A DNA stretch of 51,526 bases, taken from Polymyxa betae A26-41 (lineage: Eukaryota > Protista > Endomyxa: Phytomyxea). The notes beneath the pieces are model-generated. The model had not been told where the DNA came from. It ran no database searches and saw only the letters and a list, made by a program, of their open reading frames with translations. Location of the stretch: assembly GCA_003693705.1 (NCBI GenBank), contig RBZT01000316.1:1-51526 (forward strand), given 5' to 3'. Numbering within the stretch: the stretch's first letter is position 1; each line of letters begins with the position of its first letter. Below are positions 1 through 12,903 of this stretch, piece by piece. The position numbers were made by a program, and so were the translations under genes.

Positions 1-34
1 CGATTTCTGGGACGATTTCTGGGACGATTTCTGG
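1..34. repeat. 12-bp tandem repeat (CGATTTCTGGGA), about 3 copies, encoding QKSS repeats on the minus strand
   Basis: Directly visible at 1-34. Confidence 0.85.
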
Positions 35-174
35 AAAGCCGCAGCACCAATAAACCAAGCCAGAAGGACGGCGCCGATCCCCGAGACGATCTTGAAAACG
101 AGCGGCCAGTTTATCTGCGGCAGCGTCGACGTGGACTTCTTAAGGGTCTTGGATTTCTTGGATTTAGAGGCCAT
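1..174 (-). CDS. 5' part of a predicted type II membrane protein (runs off the window start)
   Basis: ATG at 174 opens MASKSKKSKTLKKSTSTLPQINWPLVFKIVSGIGAVLLAWFIGAAAFQKSSQKSSQKS: basic N-terminus, one hydrophobic helix, then a QKSS repeat. Frame is open to position 1. Not in the ORF track. Confidence 0.65.
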   Translation of the reverse strand, partial: MASKSKKSKTLKKSTSTLPQINWPLVFKIVSGIGAVLLAWFIGAAAFQKSSQKSSQKS

Positions 175-1343
175 GGCTGATTTGTGGAGAATTCAGGAAT
201 GAAGACGAAGGGTGAATGATTGGTACGATAAACATCCCCAACGATTGATCAATCATAATGGATTGCTGCCATCTTCGAACAACTTCCGCTGGCGGCATGA
301 AGTCATTCAGTGCGACTTCCGGCTGCTCAGGTGCTTTCCTATCAGCCGGAAGTTCAGGCAGAGAATCGCTTTGCACACGTCGGCAAGCAAAAGGCTTTTC
401 ACGGATATCATACGACTGCAATAGAAGCTTTCGTTGGAGAGCCGGTCAAAACAATGCTGGCGCTCTTCTGGGGTCTGGTTACTTCGGAATGAACATTGTA
501 ATGCCTGTCCTTCCAGCGCTACGGTCAATACGAAATCGAACAGATGAGTTGTTGCTGCCAGCGTGTCCTTCCTCGCTGCTGATGAAGGCATTGACATCCA
601 CCCGCTATTCACCGGGTCGTACAGGGTTTTAACACCATCAGAATGACTGACACTGCGTCTGCTTTCCTTCAAAGCCTGGTGCCTTGTCCAGTAATGTCGT
701 AGATTCTTGCCATCGACGTTGAGGCTACATGTCCAGATCGTCCTGGTCAATTCTTTATTCGCCGTCGTCAATGATGTAGTTCTTGACAGCTGTCAACTGT
801 AATTTGCGAATGGACTTGATCGATGTGATCCCATGTATTCCAGAGCCTATCAGTAATCTCGCAGGGTCCCAGCCTTTGAGAATTAAGCTGACTGTAGAAG
901 ATATAACATCAGCTTCCATGACCTCTCTGATCACTGCCATCGTGTTTAGGCAGAGCGGCACCTAATCGTTAGGTAATCGATTCAGAGACTGAAGACGTAT
1001 AAGAGGCTTAGATTCCCATCAGCCTTTCCATTGACTTCGGGGTAACGTGCGGTCTACTGGGATAAACTTCGTGCCAACCCGGTTGACGTCGTTTTGCAGA
1101 CATGACCTGTGATGAATATTTTCAGATCGCGACGGCCTTTTTTCACGATACCATTCCTGTCAGTCGGAAATGCCTACAAACTCCAAGCAAATTATTCGAA
1201 CAAAGGGGATTTCAAGTAGCCGCCATTAGATAAGATTTTATTTCTTTTTAGGATTCAGTGTAGACCATGATGTAAATAATAAGAGAGGTCAGGCTCAGAC
1301 TGACCGTTAAATTTATTAAAAAAAGCGGATGTTTAAAGCAATT

Positions 1344-2720
1344 TTATAACAGGTCGAAGTTATAGCAGTTGGGAGGTGGGATGAAATTCATGATTTCCTC
1401 GCAATCACGATCTTCTGCCTCGTTCCGCATGGCTGGTCGTGGACGTTCCAGCACCGGTTTATTCTCGTAGTCGTTTAATATTAGAAACGAATCGGCAGTT
1501 GTCAGATCGTTGTCCTTCGAAAATGATGGGCCGCCATCAACGTCATCGTGCTGAACAGGTCCTAGATCTACCGAAGCTGCAATTCCAGACAGACTCGGAA
1601 TTGGATGATCTAAACGGCACGATCATTCAAAAAAAGTGAACCTTTTTTGTTATATCTACGTTTTTCTGACGATAGAGTTCGCGGTCGCTTTTTGGCTTCG
1701 GCAAGCAACTGTGGTTCCCTTAGAGGCTCCAAAGCCAATAGCTTTTCAGGTCGCTTGTGCTTGCGCTTTACCCTGAAGAAAGGCATGACTGCTATCTCCT
1801 GATACACGCCCTAACCTTCAAATATCAATGCCAGGAACGCTTGCTTTCAATAACGAATATACTCTATTGTGTGTACTAACAACAATTTGTAGTTCCTGTT
1901 CAGTGGGGGCGTTGTTGTTTCTGCCGCTGTTCTCGCTATCGAGTCTTCGTAATATGGGCTCGCTAATAAGCAGAGTTAGGTTCCCTGACCACCAAGCATC
2001 ATGTTCAAGTCATTGCTGTGCTTTGAGCAGCGGTACCTGTGATGTCCACATCGAAGACTGATAAATGAGTAACGTCTGTGTCTTGATTGATTTCAGTCGT
2101 TGATCGTGTTAGATAACCTGCAAACACAGTTAGAATTTGTTGAAACGTTAGGGTGAAATATCACCTAGCCATTCACCTGTCGTTGCCTTCCTTAAACGGA
2201 AACGGGCCTTGAGATTAATAGGCTCAGGAGCGACATTGTCGACACGAACGTAAATGTAACGCTTCCCATCACATTTGTTATACGGACGGATCTCAATAAC
2301 CTTTCATCGGATTGAGCTTCATTCATTTGGTCTCATCAGGTGGAGTACCGGAATCTCGCCATTCAAGAAATCTGTCACCTCTTTCCACCGATGCTTCGTG
2401 ATCGTCAGTCGAAGGTTTCCAGTTTGTTTGTAGGCCTGGCCAACAGGACGTTCTGCGACCGCTCGCTGGAAGGAAGGACTTCCTCCTGAGATTGCTTCTC
2501 CATGATTGACATCAGATCAAAAACAAGACCAGCACAAGGGCTCACCAGAATCGGTCAATACTAAAGGCCCGCCCGTGAAGTTTAAAGGGGCCGGCGGTGC
2601 AATACAGTGATTGAAAGGCGAATGAAAATATGGGATCGGAGGCGTATGTGGACGTTGTATGGGTGTAGCAGGCGATCTGCTATCGTAATGCGAGGTCGAT
2701 TGTGATAATGAAGCAGCCAT
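1344..2720 (-). CDS. Multi-exon protein of unknown function (Pro-rich N-terminus, beta-rich core, basic NLS-like segment)
   Basis: GT-AG splicing gives a continuous frame: MAASLSQS...TDS|EAISGG...NGEIP|VIEIRPYNKCDGKRYIYVRVDN...GEWL|GYLTRS...DVDIT|GNLTLLISEP...QIV|EIAVMPFFRVKRKHKRP...FDLL*. No family recognised. Confidence 0.55.
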
Positions 2721-3245
2721 GAGCTGCCTGGTCGTCTCCAGGTGATCAAAGGGGGTTGAGCCGAGGGCTTTCTAAGAGATGTCGATGCGGTTGATGGAGC
2801 GGGCCGCGCACCCCCACTGCCAAGGATAACGCTCAACGGCTAACGAATTAGGGCCGGTCGACAGGGCTCGAGTCTGAGCCCATCACTGCAATTATCCGTG
2901 CGTCAAGTTGTATCGACGCGCCATGCGATTCTGAGTTTCGGTCTTGTGAGGGATGATCGCTTCGTTTCTCTTTATCGCGCGCCCTAATCTAGCTTAGCGC
3001 GTTAAGTGCTGTTTTCGTATCATATGGGACCCCGTTAGCTATGAATCTTTCAGTATAGTAGAAAATCACTGAACTGTTTAAAGATAATCCCTGTTGTCGA
3101 GATCCAGTGTCATCAGTTTCTCCCTTCTTTTCGAACTGTTGTCTACGCATCGGAAATCGTGATCGTGAGTATTCTTATGTGATCATATTTTTTGGGTGCC
3201 TTCGGCGAGTTTCACAGACAGTCACTGAATTTTAACATCGAAGAG

Positions 3246-4223
3246 ATGCTGGTGGAATACTTGCCATCAGCGGAAGCAGGAAGGCGGTCAAGCATTGGCT
3301 ATGCCTGCCTCCTAATAGCGAGCTTGATATTGTCGTTTTACTGGGGCCGCATATTCTCCAGATCGTTTCAAAACGCTATTGCAACTTTCGATCATTCGAG
3401 CGGCATCGAGTTGAACGTATTGCCAACCGACCCGCCAGCCACTCACACAGCTCTTCCAAGGAAGAAATCCAGTCGGGTGTTTTCGTTCGTATTTTATGGT
3501 GACGATCCGATGTTTGTGAAAGGCGCTATGAGAAATGCACAGATGATTCCCTTGCTGATGCCAGGATGGAATACTAGATTCTATATCGATGGAACAGTCT
3601 CCCAAGAGTTTATTGCTGAAGTGGAGCGGCAGGGAGGAGAGACAATTCGAGTTAGCGACGAGATGGCTGCGTGGAACGAAGTTCGCCGATTATGGCGATA
3701 TATGATTCTCGACGACCCCAATATCGAATATGCTGTATTTCGTGATATTGACTCTCGGGTTTCGATCAGGGAAATTTTGGCGATTCGTGCTTGGATCGAC
3801 AGCGGGATTCCATTCCATGCAATGCATGATCATCCTCATCATAGCACGGCGATACTTGGTGGCATGTGGGGAGCCTATGTTCCAGCATTTAGGAATATAA
3901 CGATAGCGACCCAGAGCATGCTGAATTTTGTTCGCGGCGGTATAGACCATAGCAAGATGGGCGACCAGACCTGGCTCGCCGCCTATGTATTCTCTTTGTT
4001 GCGAGATCATCTTTTATTGCATGATTCGTTTATATGTAATGCGTATGGTATCAAATCGCACCCGTTTCCATCACCAAGGTCAGATCATGGAGATTACGTT
4101 GGGAAGATTATCCACCCGAACTACGGTCCAACCGATCCCTATTACGTTTTTAGCTCCAAGCGCTTCAATGGAACAGAATCACCTCTGAAATGTCGATTGT
4201 TACCTGAATATGTGTTTGGTTGA
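3246..4223 (+). CDS. Intronless type II membrane putative glycosyltransferase (GT-A-like, uncharacterised family)
   Basis: N-terminal TM segment, then motifs FSFVFYG..GAMRNA..PGW.TRFY, LWRY..DD...VFRDIDSR..RE, FHAMHDHPHH..ILGGMWG and GDQTWL. The DxD (DID) motif suggests a GT-A fold. First ATG is at 3246; the track start at 3192 is TTG. Confidence 0.75.
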   Translation: MLVEYLPSAEAGRRSSIGYACLLIASLILSFYWGRIFSRSFQNAIATFDHSSGIELNVLPTDPPATHTALPRKKSSRVFSFVFYGDDPMFVKGAMRNAQMIPLLMPGWNTRFYIDGTVSQEFIAEVERQGGETIRVSDEMAAWNEVRRLWRYMILDDPNIEYAVFRDIDSRVSIREILAIRAWIDSGIPFHAMHDHPHHSTAILGGMWGAYVPAFRNITIATQSMLNFVRGGIDHSKMGDQTWLAAYVFSLLRDHLLLHDSFICNAYGIKSHPFPSPRSDHGDYVGKIIHPNYGPTDPYYVFSSKRFNGTESPLKCRLLPEYVFG

Positions 4224-4709
4224 ACATATGCATGCATAAAAGGTCAGTTCAAACGTGGGCGTCACAAAAAAACCAGACAATTTGGGAGACTACAATCACA
4301 ACGGTTTCCAGTTCATACTTATCACAGACACATGAGAATTGATTTATCGCTCAAATAAAGCTTCGTCATATATAGAGCACATCTTCGTCGGAAAGCTATT
4401 TGAGGCCCCCATCCAGTAGAATGCTAAAGTTCCGAAAAAAGCAAGAAAAATCGATGATCGTAATCCGAAACAGAAGAACTGCGTAGGCTGCGCAGAGGGC
4501 TTCTCGTGGCTTCTGTTTCTCATCTCGGTCGCAAGCAGGTCAGCGGAAATAAGCGGAGGCCGCCTGGATGATTCCCAGTCAGCTTTTTGGGGCGTGACCT
4601 CCAGTAACGCCGCAACTCCGTCACATAGTCGCCTTTCCGCACTTCTGTTTTTTCTTTCGAGGGACGTTGCTCTCGTCGCCAGGCCATTGCTTGAGAAAAC
4701 CGTCCAATC

Positions 4710-7700
4710 ATGGCAGCGCCTCGCCCGATTGACGTCATGCCTATTATTCATAATGGTCCTTCAGCTGCAGACATTGCCAGCCGCATCGCTTCCGCCGATC
4801 CCACAAAGCAAGCAGAAGCCCAGGCGAAGATTTCGTTTGCCTACCACCAAAAGCAAGGTGAGCGTAGAGTTTTCTCCAGGCTTGTAGAAGTCTAATATTA
4901 TCCAGTGTCCTCTAGTCTGCAATCTCAGCAGCAAGCTGATAATGCAAAAGAAGACGCCCCTCTGAGAGGCAACGTGAAAATTAGCGGTTATGCAATCGTC
5001 AAATCAGTTCCTCAAGCTGACACTCTGGTAATTCAGTTCATGGATTTATTTTCTATAATCCATTTACTTTGTACAGGTACTGGTCGGAAGTGGGCCAGCT
5101 GGGAAAGCTCCTCCCGAAAAAGTCTTGATTCTGTCCGGAATTGTTGTTCCTAGAATTGCCCGGCGCAAGGATGCTGTTGATGAACCTTATGCCTTCCACG
5201 CCAAGGAGTTCATGCGAAAGCTTGTCATTGGCAAACGTGTGAAGTTCACGGTCACTTATATCCATGGAGAATCTGGTCGCGAATACGGAACTGCAGAGCT
5301 TGAGAATGTTGGTGATTTGACCGAGAAATTGGTTGCGGAGGGATGGGGTATTTGAATGTCTTGCCTCTGTTTTGATTCACAGTAATATTTTTCCCTAGCC
5401 AAGCTTAAGCCTGCAAAAGAGCCTGCTAATAAAAGCAAGGACAAGGATGCGAAGGTTAAACCCGAGCAGGAAAAATATGAAATTTTATCTGCCAAGGAAG
5501 CTGCCGCTATTGAGGCCAAGATCGGACTTCACGCTGCGAAACCGGTTGCAAATGCTGTTCGCACTGTTGAACACCTTACTGCTGCTGACCAAATCAAAGA
5601 ATTTTTCAATGCTAACCGTGGCAAAAAGCTTAACTGTATCGTTGAACAAGTACGATAGTCTCCAATCGCCCCCCATGTACAACCTTAACGATGCCTTTGC
5701 AGGTTCGCGAGGGATCTTCTCTCAGATTGGAACTTCCTGAGAAGACCCACAAAGTTTTTGTTCTTCATCTTGCCGGTGTTCAGGCTCCTCGCATTCCTGT
5801 CCCTAAATCAGGTGTTTACATTTGCAAGCACTGGTTGGCTTGGTGTTTATTCACTGTGTTTGTAGGCTCGCCAAAGAATTCTGAGAAAGCCGAACCTTAC
5901 GCTCTTGACTCACAGAAGTTCACTGCCGATCGTCTGTTGAACCGCGATGTCAATGTTGTACTTCTTGGCTGTGACAAGCTCAACAACCTCTTCGGATCGG
6001 TCTCTGTTTCTCAAGGCGATATCGCTGTTGCACTTCTATCAAAGGGCTTGGCCAAGTACATTGATTGGTCTGCTTCCCTGACCCCTAACAAAGCCGAGCT
6101 TCAAGCTGCTGAAATTTCAGCGAAGACTCAGAAGCTTCGCCTATGGAGTAAGTTCGAAGCTCCTCAGCCAGCGGAGGATGTACGCGGCAAACAGTTTTCG
6201 GGCAAAGTTGTACAAGTTGTTTCTACCGATACTCTTGTCATTGAAGACGGTTTGAAGAAAGAGCATCGTATTTCTCTTTCTTCGGTCCGAGTACCACGTG
6301 TTGCCTACAAGGATCGTTCTGCCGAGCCATGGGCTGCTGAAGGCAAGGAGTTTATGCGGAAAAAATTGATTGGAAAGAAAGTTAGAATCTGTGTTGACTA
6401 TGTTCGATCTGCGCCGTCGGAGTCCAAGGAACAAGAAAGTCGCGTTTATGCTTCTGTCTTTCATGGCAAGGAAAACGTCGGTGAGACTCTCGTTGCCAAT
6501 GGCTATGCTTCCGTTGCTCGTCATCGTATGGATGAAGACCGCAGTGAGCATTACGAAGCTCTTCAAACTGCCGAAGAAAAGGCTTTAAAAGACAAGAAGG
6601 GTATTCACGGGGCGAATCCTCCAGCTTCTGTTCCGGTCGTTGACTTGTCTGAACGTGTTCGTGTTCCTTCCAAAGGAGCTAGTGAGGAGGTCATGCGGAA
6701 ACAGCGTGATTTGGTCATTAAGACCAAACAGTTCTTCTCGGCCATCCAACGTCTGGGTCGTGTCAAAGCTGTTGTAGAATATGTCTTCAACGGTGGCCGA
6801 ATCAAGGTCTATGTTCCTGCCGAAAACCATGTCTTTACTTTTATGCTGTCCTATATTCGTCTTCCAGGGGGAAAAGGAGAAGTTGACAAGTTGGGCGAAG
6901 AAGCAACTGAATTCATCAAAGGCCTGATTCTTCAGCACGATGTTGAGATTGAAATTGATTCAATGGATAAGGGCGACAATTATTTGGGTAGCCTGTTTAT
7001 CGATCGCAAGAATCTATCATTGCTGCTGCTTGAGCGTGGTCTTGCGCGTTTGGTTCCTCGCTCTTATGAGAAGAGCAAATATGCTCAAGAGCTTAACCTG
7101 TACCAACAGGCTGCTCAAAAAGCCCGCCTCGGTGTATGGCATGATTACGATATTGAAGCTGAAAAGAAGAAGGCTGAAGAGCGTTTTGCTGCTTTAAAAA
7201 AGCAGAGGGCTGAAGAAAAAGCTCAGGAATTGCTTGAAAAGCAGCAAGCGATGGAATTTGTGTGCACGATCAGTGAATGCTTCGATCCTTTAGACTTTTA
7301 CTATCAAAAAATCAACGATCCGAATTTACCCAAGATTGAAGCTGCTTTAAAGTCCCTCGCTCCTTACAAGGGCCCAGTTTTTGAGCCCAAGCGCGGAATG
7401 ACCTGCATTGCTCAATATGATGATGGTACTTGGTACCGCGCTAAAGTCGAAAAGAACATTCTAAAGGGTTTATACCTTGTGTTTTTCATTGACTACGGCA
7501 ACCGAGCTGAAGTTACCAGTGTACGACCTGTTCCTGATAATGTCCCTGCCCTCAAAAGCCCTGCCTGCTCGCACCATGCTCAGTTGTCCGGAATCAAATT
7601 GTCCCATGATTACATTGATTACTCTGTTGAGCTGTTTCAGGAACAGGTACGTGATGAACGGTATTTCCTATTCTCTTACCAAATTGTAATATTCGTTTTA

Positions 7701-8056
7701 ATAGACCTGGGAGAAGCAACTGCAATCTAATGTGGACGCTACCGATCGTGAAAGTCACAAGGCCCATGTTACTCTGACTGTCATTGATCAAGAATCTGGA
7801 GAACGTTCTAATATGTAATGCTTTGATTGCTATGATTCTTCTGCTTACAGTGATTAGGTCTATAAACGAATATCTGGTTCGCTCGGGTGCTGTTCGAGTC
7901 CTGAATCGGGGAACTCGTAATATTCGTCACATTGTCGATCCCCTCAAGCTTGCCGAAAATGCTGCCAAACAAGACCATCTCGGTATCTGGGAGTATGGTG
8001 ATGTTTCCAGTGACGAAGACGAAGAGAATGTGAAGTCCAAGGATAAACGATTTTAA
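4710..8056 (+). CDS. SND1: Tudor staphylococcal nuclease (Tudor-SN / p100)
   Basis: Four tandem SNase-like domains (EPYAFHAKEFMRKLVIGKRV; EPYALDSQKF; EPWAAEGKEFMRKKLIGKKV; LQHDVEIEIDSMDK), a Tudor domain (AQYDDGTWYRAKV..FIDYGN) and C-terminal GIWEYGD. Several short introns. Confidence 0.95.
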
Positions 8057-8125
8057 ATTGTTCCAGTCCCAATATAAAGTGCAAGCCATTATTCTTATTT
8101 ATATGACTGCCTACATCCTTTGATC

Positions 8126-9673
8126 CTAGCGTATGGTAAACTTGCTGGGGAATGATTCGGGAACTGATCCCAAACGAGAAACATCTGTAAGATTTTTAGA
8201 CATTTTAAGCGTTGGCCACCTGACTCACTTGAATGTGGGAAAATATTCCAGAACCGCAAAGTTTCATCGCCTGCTCCAGTCACAATCGTTTGTCCATCAG
8301 GACTCATGGCAAGGTATAGAACTCGAAATGTGTGCCCTGTTAGGGTAGCAAGTTTCGTCATTGTGGGGTATGACCAAAGAATAATCTGGTTCAGCGAATA
8401 TCCATGAGTGGATACCACCTGTTGACAGCACTCAATATTGCTCGTGATGCGTTTTGTACTCATCGACCTCATTGACGTTTTTTGACCACATTAGGTTGCA
8501 AACCTGGCTGCCAGTATCAACACTGTGCAATGGTGTGCAGGTTAATGTATTCCAGAAACGAATACAACGATCTGCTGTTCCTCCCCCGCTTGCCAAGAGC
8601 CCATGTTGATGCGGTGACCAAGCCAATGCTTTCACTGCTGCACTATGTTCAGCAAACCTAACCACTGGGTTGTTGGCCGAAGCGGCATTCCATATCAGAA
8701 GCTTATTGTCATTGCCACCGGATGCAAGATGGGTCTCATCAAATGACCAACGCAAACCACAAACCTATGCATCCTTAAATAGGAAATATGTGATTTAGAT
8801 AGCATGCTACCTCCTGTCTGTGCCCCTGCAATTTTGCAGTATATGCTTCCGATGCACGATGGTCTCTTAGGACTATAGATCTATCTCTACTTCCAGATGC
8901 AAGACAATGACCAGCCCATGCTAGGGTGCCCACTCTCATACTATGGCCACTCATAGTTCGAACCTGTCACAGTCATGATTGATGATTCACATCAGAGGCT
9001 GCGTTGTTGACGTTACCTTGATCTGTTGTATTGTGTCATAGAGATGAAGCTCGCCATTACGAGTTCCAACTGCTAGATAGTTAGGTCTAGTCGCCCAGCA
9101 AACCTATACCCAAGCTCATATCCAAATACGTCCGATGAATGACATAGGGACAGATGTTACGCTCGTAATCGTATTGCCTTCATCGGCCAGGTCGCAAAGC
9201 TTCGTCACTTTCGAAGTTGAAGCACTCCAGAGATAAATGCAGCTTCCCAGCCCAACCACAAGGACGTTATTTGATGACCAGTCTACTAGGTTTAAGTAGA
9301 AATCGTCCTGTAGCGCAGGGGCATCCAGAACCTGAATCATTTATTGGAGTGAAAGTTCGTGGAAGGACACAAGCATAGTTACCTTGAAAGGCGATGTGCA
9401 AATTTTACGGTTTGAGATTCGTTTCGCCTGAGTTAAAGGCTTCGATGATCTTGCAGACAGTTCCCTTTCAGGTGATCTGTATTGCAAGACAGATGAACCC
9501 TCTTTCTGCTCGCCCAGCACATATCGTCTCAGTAATTGTGTGTACACAGAGACATTCGGATCTTTCTTTTCGATTTGTTGTAAAACAAGAGGCAACTCAG
9601 CCGTGGCCCTCGCTGGTAAATGCCTGTCGCTAAATATCTCGTTTGATGTTCTTGTTTGGCGAATAGGAAGCAT
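8126..9673 (-). CDS. FZR1: APC/C co-activator Fizzy-related / Cdh1 (CCS52-type WD40)
   Basis: C-box-like [64 protein letters not shown]. The spliced last exon ends ...KFTIR* (IR tail) with TAG at 8126-8128. Confidence 0.93.
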
Positions 9674-10079
9674 ACGAGGGCCCGGGCCAGCGATTTATCC
9701 AAAAGTCTGATAAAATATTGGATGATCGCTACGGCTCGACCCGATCAATTGATTAGAACGCTTAAAGGTACCGGCTAAGTAATGAGTTCGGATCGAAAAC
9801 TCCAGTACTTCCATATTGAAATTGACGTTATGTTGAAGAGAAGTTTTTTTGCTTCGATCCAGTTTAGGCAAATATGCGGCTTTTGGACTATTAAGATTTA
9901 TAAAACGCTTTTAGATCCTATGTAAACAAAATTTGAACACATTGAGTTCACCCCTCTTAATCAGTAAATTCAATCTGAACTTGTGATTAACAAAGAAATC
10001 ATCTTGCTTTTGGAGTCAATCGATCTTCCGAGGTTCCGCAAAAATTTCAGCGAGTTTTCTATGGTTTTTGTAAGATCCA

Positions 10080-11287
10080 ATGGAGAATGAGCTCGTGGTT
10101 ATCATTATGCCTGTATTTAACGCTGAATCCACTCTCGAAGAAAGTGTGAATTCGCTCCTGAACCAAACCTGGAGCAATCTCCGCCTCGTCATTGTCAATG
10201 ATGGGTCAACTGATGACTCCCGAACTATCCTCGACAATCTTGCCAGAAAAGATAGTCGTCTCCTAATCATTCATAGAGCTACTAATATGGGGCCCGGGCC
10301 TGCTGCTAATACAGCATTAACTTCATCAGTCTGTAATGATGCTGATTTTATTGCTCGTGCTGATGCTGATGATATCAATGATCCAATGAGGATCGCAGAA
10401 CAGGTTTAATCACTTTCCCAAAGCAATGGTTTTTATCTTACAAATACAGAACTAAGCATAACATTTGTTTATGGATTTTTTGCATTTGATTTTCATCAAG
10501 ATAAATTTTTTTCAGGTGAAGTTTATGAATGCCAATCCTGATATTGATGTTTGTGGAACATCTGTAACCGTTGATGGACGTGTAATAATGATGCCATCTG
10601 ACCCATGTTTGACACGATTTCATATGCTGCTCTATTGCAGCCTTGCCAATCCCTCGATCATGTGTAGATCATCAGCCTTAAGGCTTAGATACAGTATTGC
10701 CCGGTCTCATCGTGTATGCGAAGACTATCGCTTATGGCTCGATCTTTTGCTTGTCAGAAAGCAATTTGTCAACATTCCTGGTCCACCATTAGTTCATCTG
10801 AAAAGGTTCTTCTCTTATGCCAATATTCGAATGTCATGGCTGATGGTTTTACAGAACGAAATCCTGCTTATCAGTAAAATCTGCAGAGGAGCAGCGTTAT
10901 TCAGCCATTGAAGCTGCTCGCGATGCTATCTCTGCTGTTGTTGGTGATCATGGTTTGACACTTCAACAAATTGAACACTGCCGAGAGCCAGCTTTAATTC
11001 GTACAAGTGCCCAAGCTCATAAAGCTTATGAGCTCATATCGTCAATGAGGTCTGCTTCGGTTTGCCAATGCTGTAAGTAAGTGGGCTCAGATCAGTTTGG
11101 CGAATCTTGTTCATCTGTGTTAGTATCTACATGCGAATCTGTGGAAGATGAGCTCACGAAGCGGTTAGGTGAAATCGCTGTGATTTCAATGCAGCTGGGA
11201 GATATGGAGCTCTTTCAAAAATGGTTAAGAGTATCGCCCATGTCAACTGTTGACTATTTACGAAAACTTCCAATCATAAAACAATAA
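10080..11287 (+). CDS. Glycosyltransferase family 2
   Basis: IIMPVFNAE, IVNDGSTD, ARADADD (DxD), LANPSIM and CEDYRLW motifs; spliced. Confidence 0.88.
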
Positions 11288-11922
11288 ACTAATTTATGTA
11301 TAATTCCTTTCTATGGTAAGACGAAGTATCTGGTATTTTTTTCAATATTGTTCATTGAGCTGTACCTCTTCCGATCGCTATCGACTGCAGTCGATAACAT
11401 TGACCAATCCTGTTTGTCATTGTCATTCTTGTATTCATCAACAAATCTATCATTCTTCAATCTCAACCTTCAGCTGATTATACAATCAGGAAGAGCTGAA
11501 GCCGTGACCCTGGGTCGACCCGCACTTAAAAATTCATAAAGCTTGTGGAATAGCAAGCCTGATAAAAATAGAGAGGGTAGAGTAGAACAGAACCAGCCGG
11601 GGCTGCTTTCCTGGAACATATTTCACCAAGAAGGCTACCGGTAGTTCCTTTTTAGTACGGTTACGGGTCGGGGGTTCCATTAAGGAGGGATCGGGCCGGC
11701 ACTACTTTGACTTGATGGGTGCCTGCTCCTCCCAGTCGCAATAAATTTAGAAAATGATACAGGTGATTGCGTCGACCGAGCCTAACTTGTCCAGTTTCAT
11801 TTTGGACCCTTGCAAGCTTGATCTCTCGTCTTCCACTTCAGATCTCTCAATATTCCTGATCCAATTCTGCACGTACTTGATTATCTGCTAAAATATCCCG
11901 TCCTGGAGATTGTACTGTTGAA

Positions 11923-12839
<917 letters not shown>

Positions 12840-12903
12840 CTCTGTCTTACCTATCGTCTACTTATAAAACACCAAAAAAGTTATATATCGCTGTCACGCT
12901 TCG

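Noticed and set aside
250-1160. Coding-like minus-strand stretches (ORFs 307-771 and 755-961)
   Set aside because: I could not splice them into one open frame and recognised no family. Possibly a decayed gene, but unsupported.
2290-2350. In-frame TGA codons suggesting an alternative genetic code or selenocysteine
   Set aside because: They fall inside a GT-AG intron, and other genes use TGA as a normal stop.
4344-4751. 135-aa minus-strand ORF
   Set aside because: Overlaps the SND1 start antisense and has no motifs; probably spurious.
11310-11900. Possible ncRNA or gene fragment in a relatively long intergenic region
   Set aside because: No tRNA, snRNA or SRP signature seen, and the minus-strand frame is short and interrupted. 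An Infernal/Rfam scan would be decisive.
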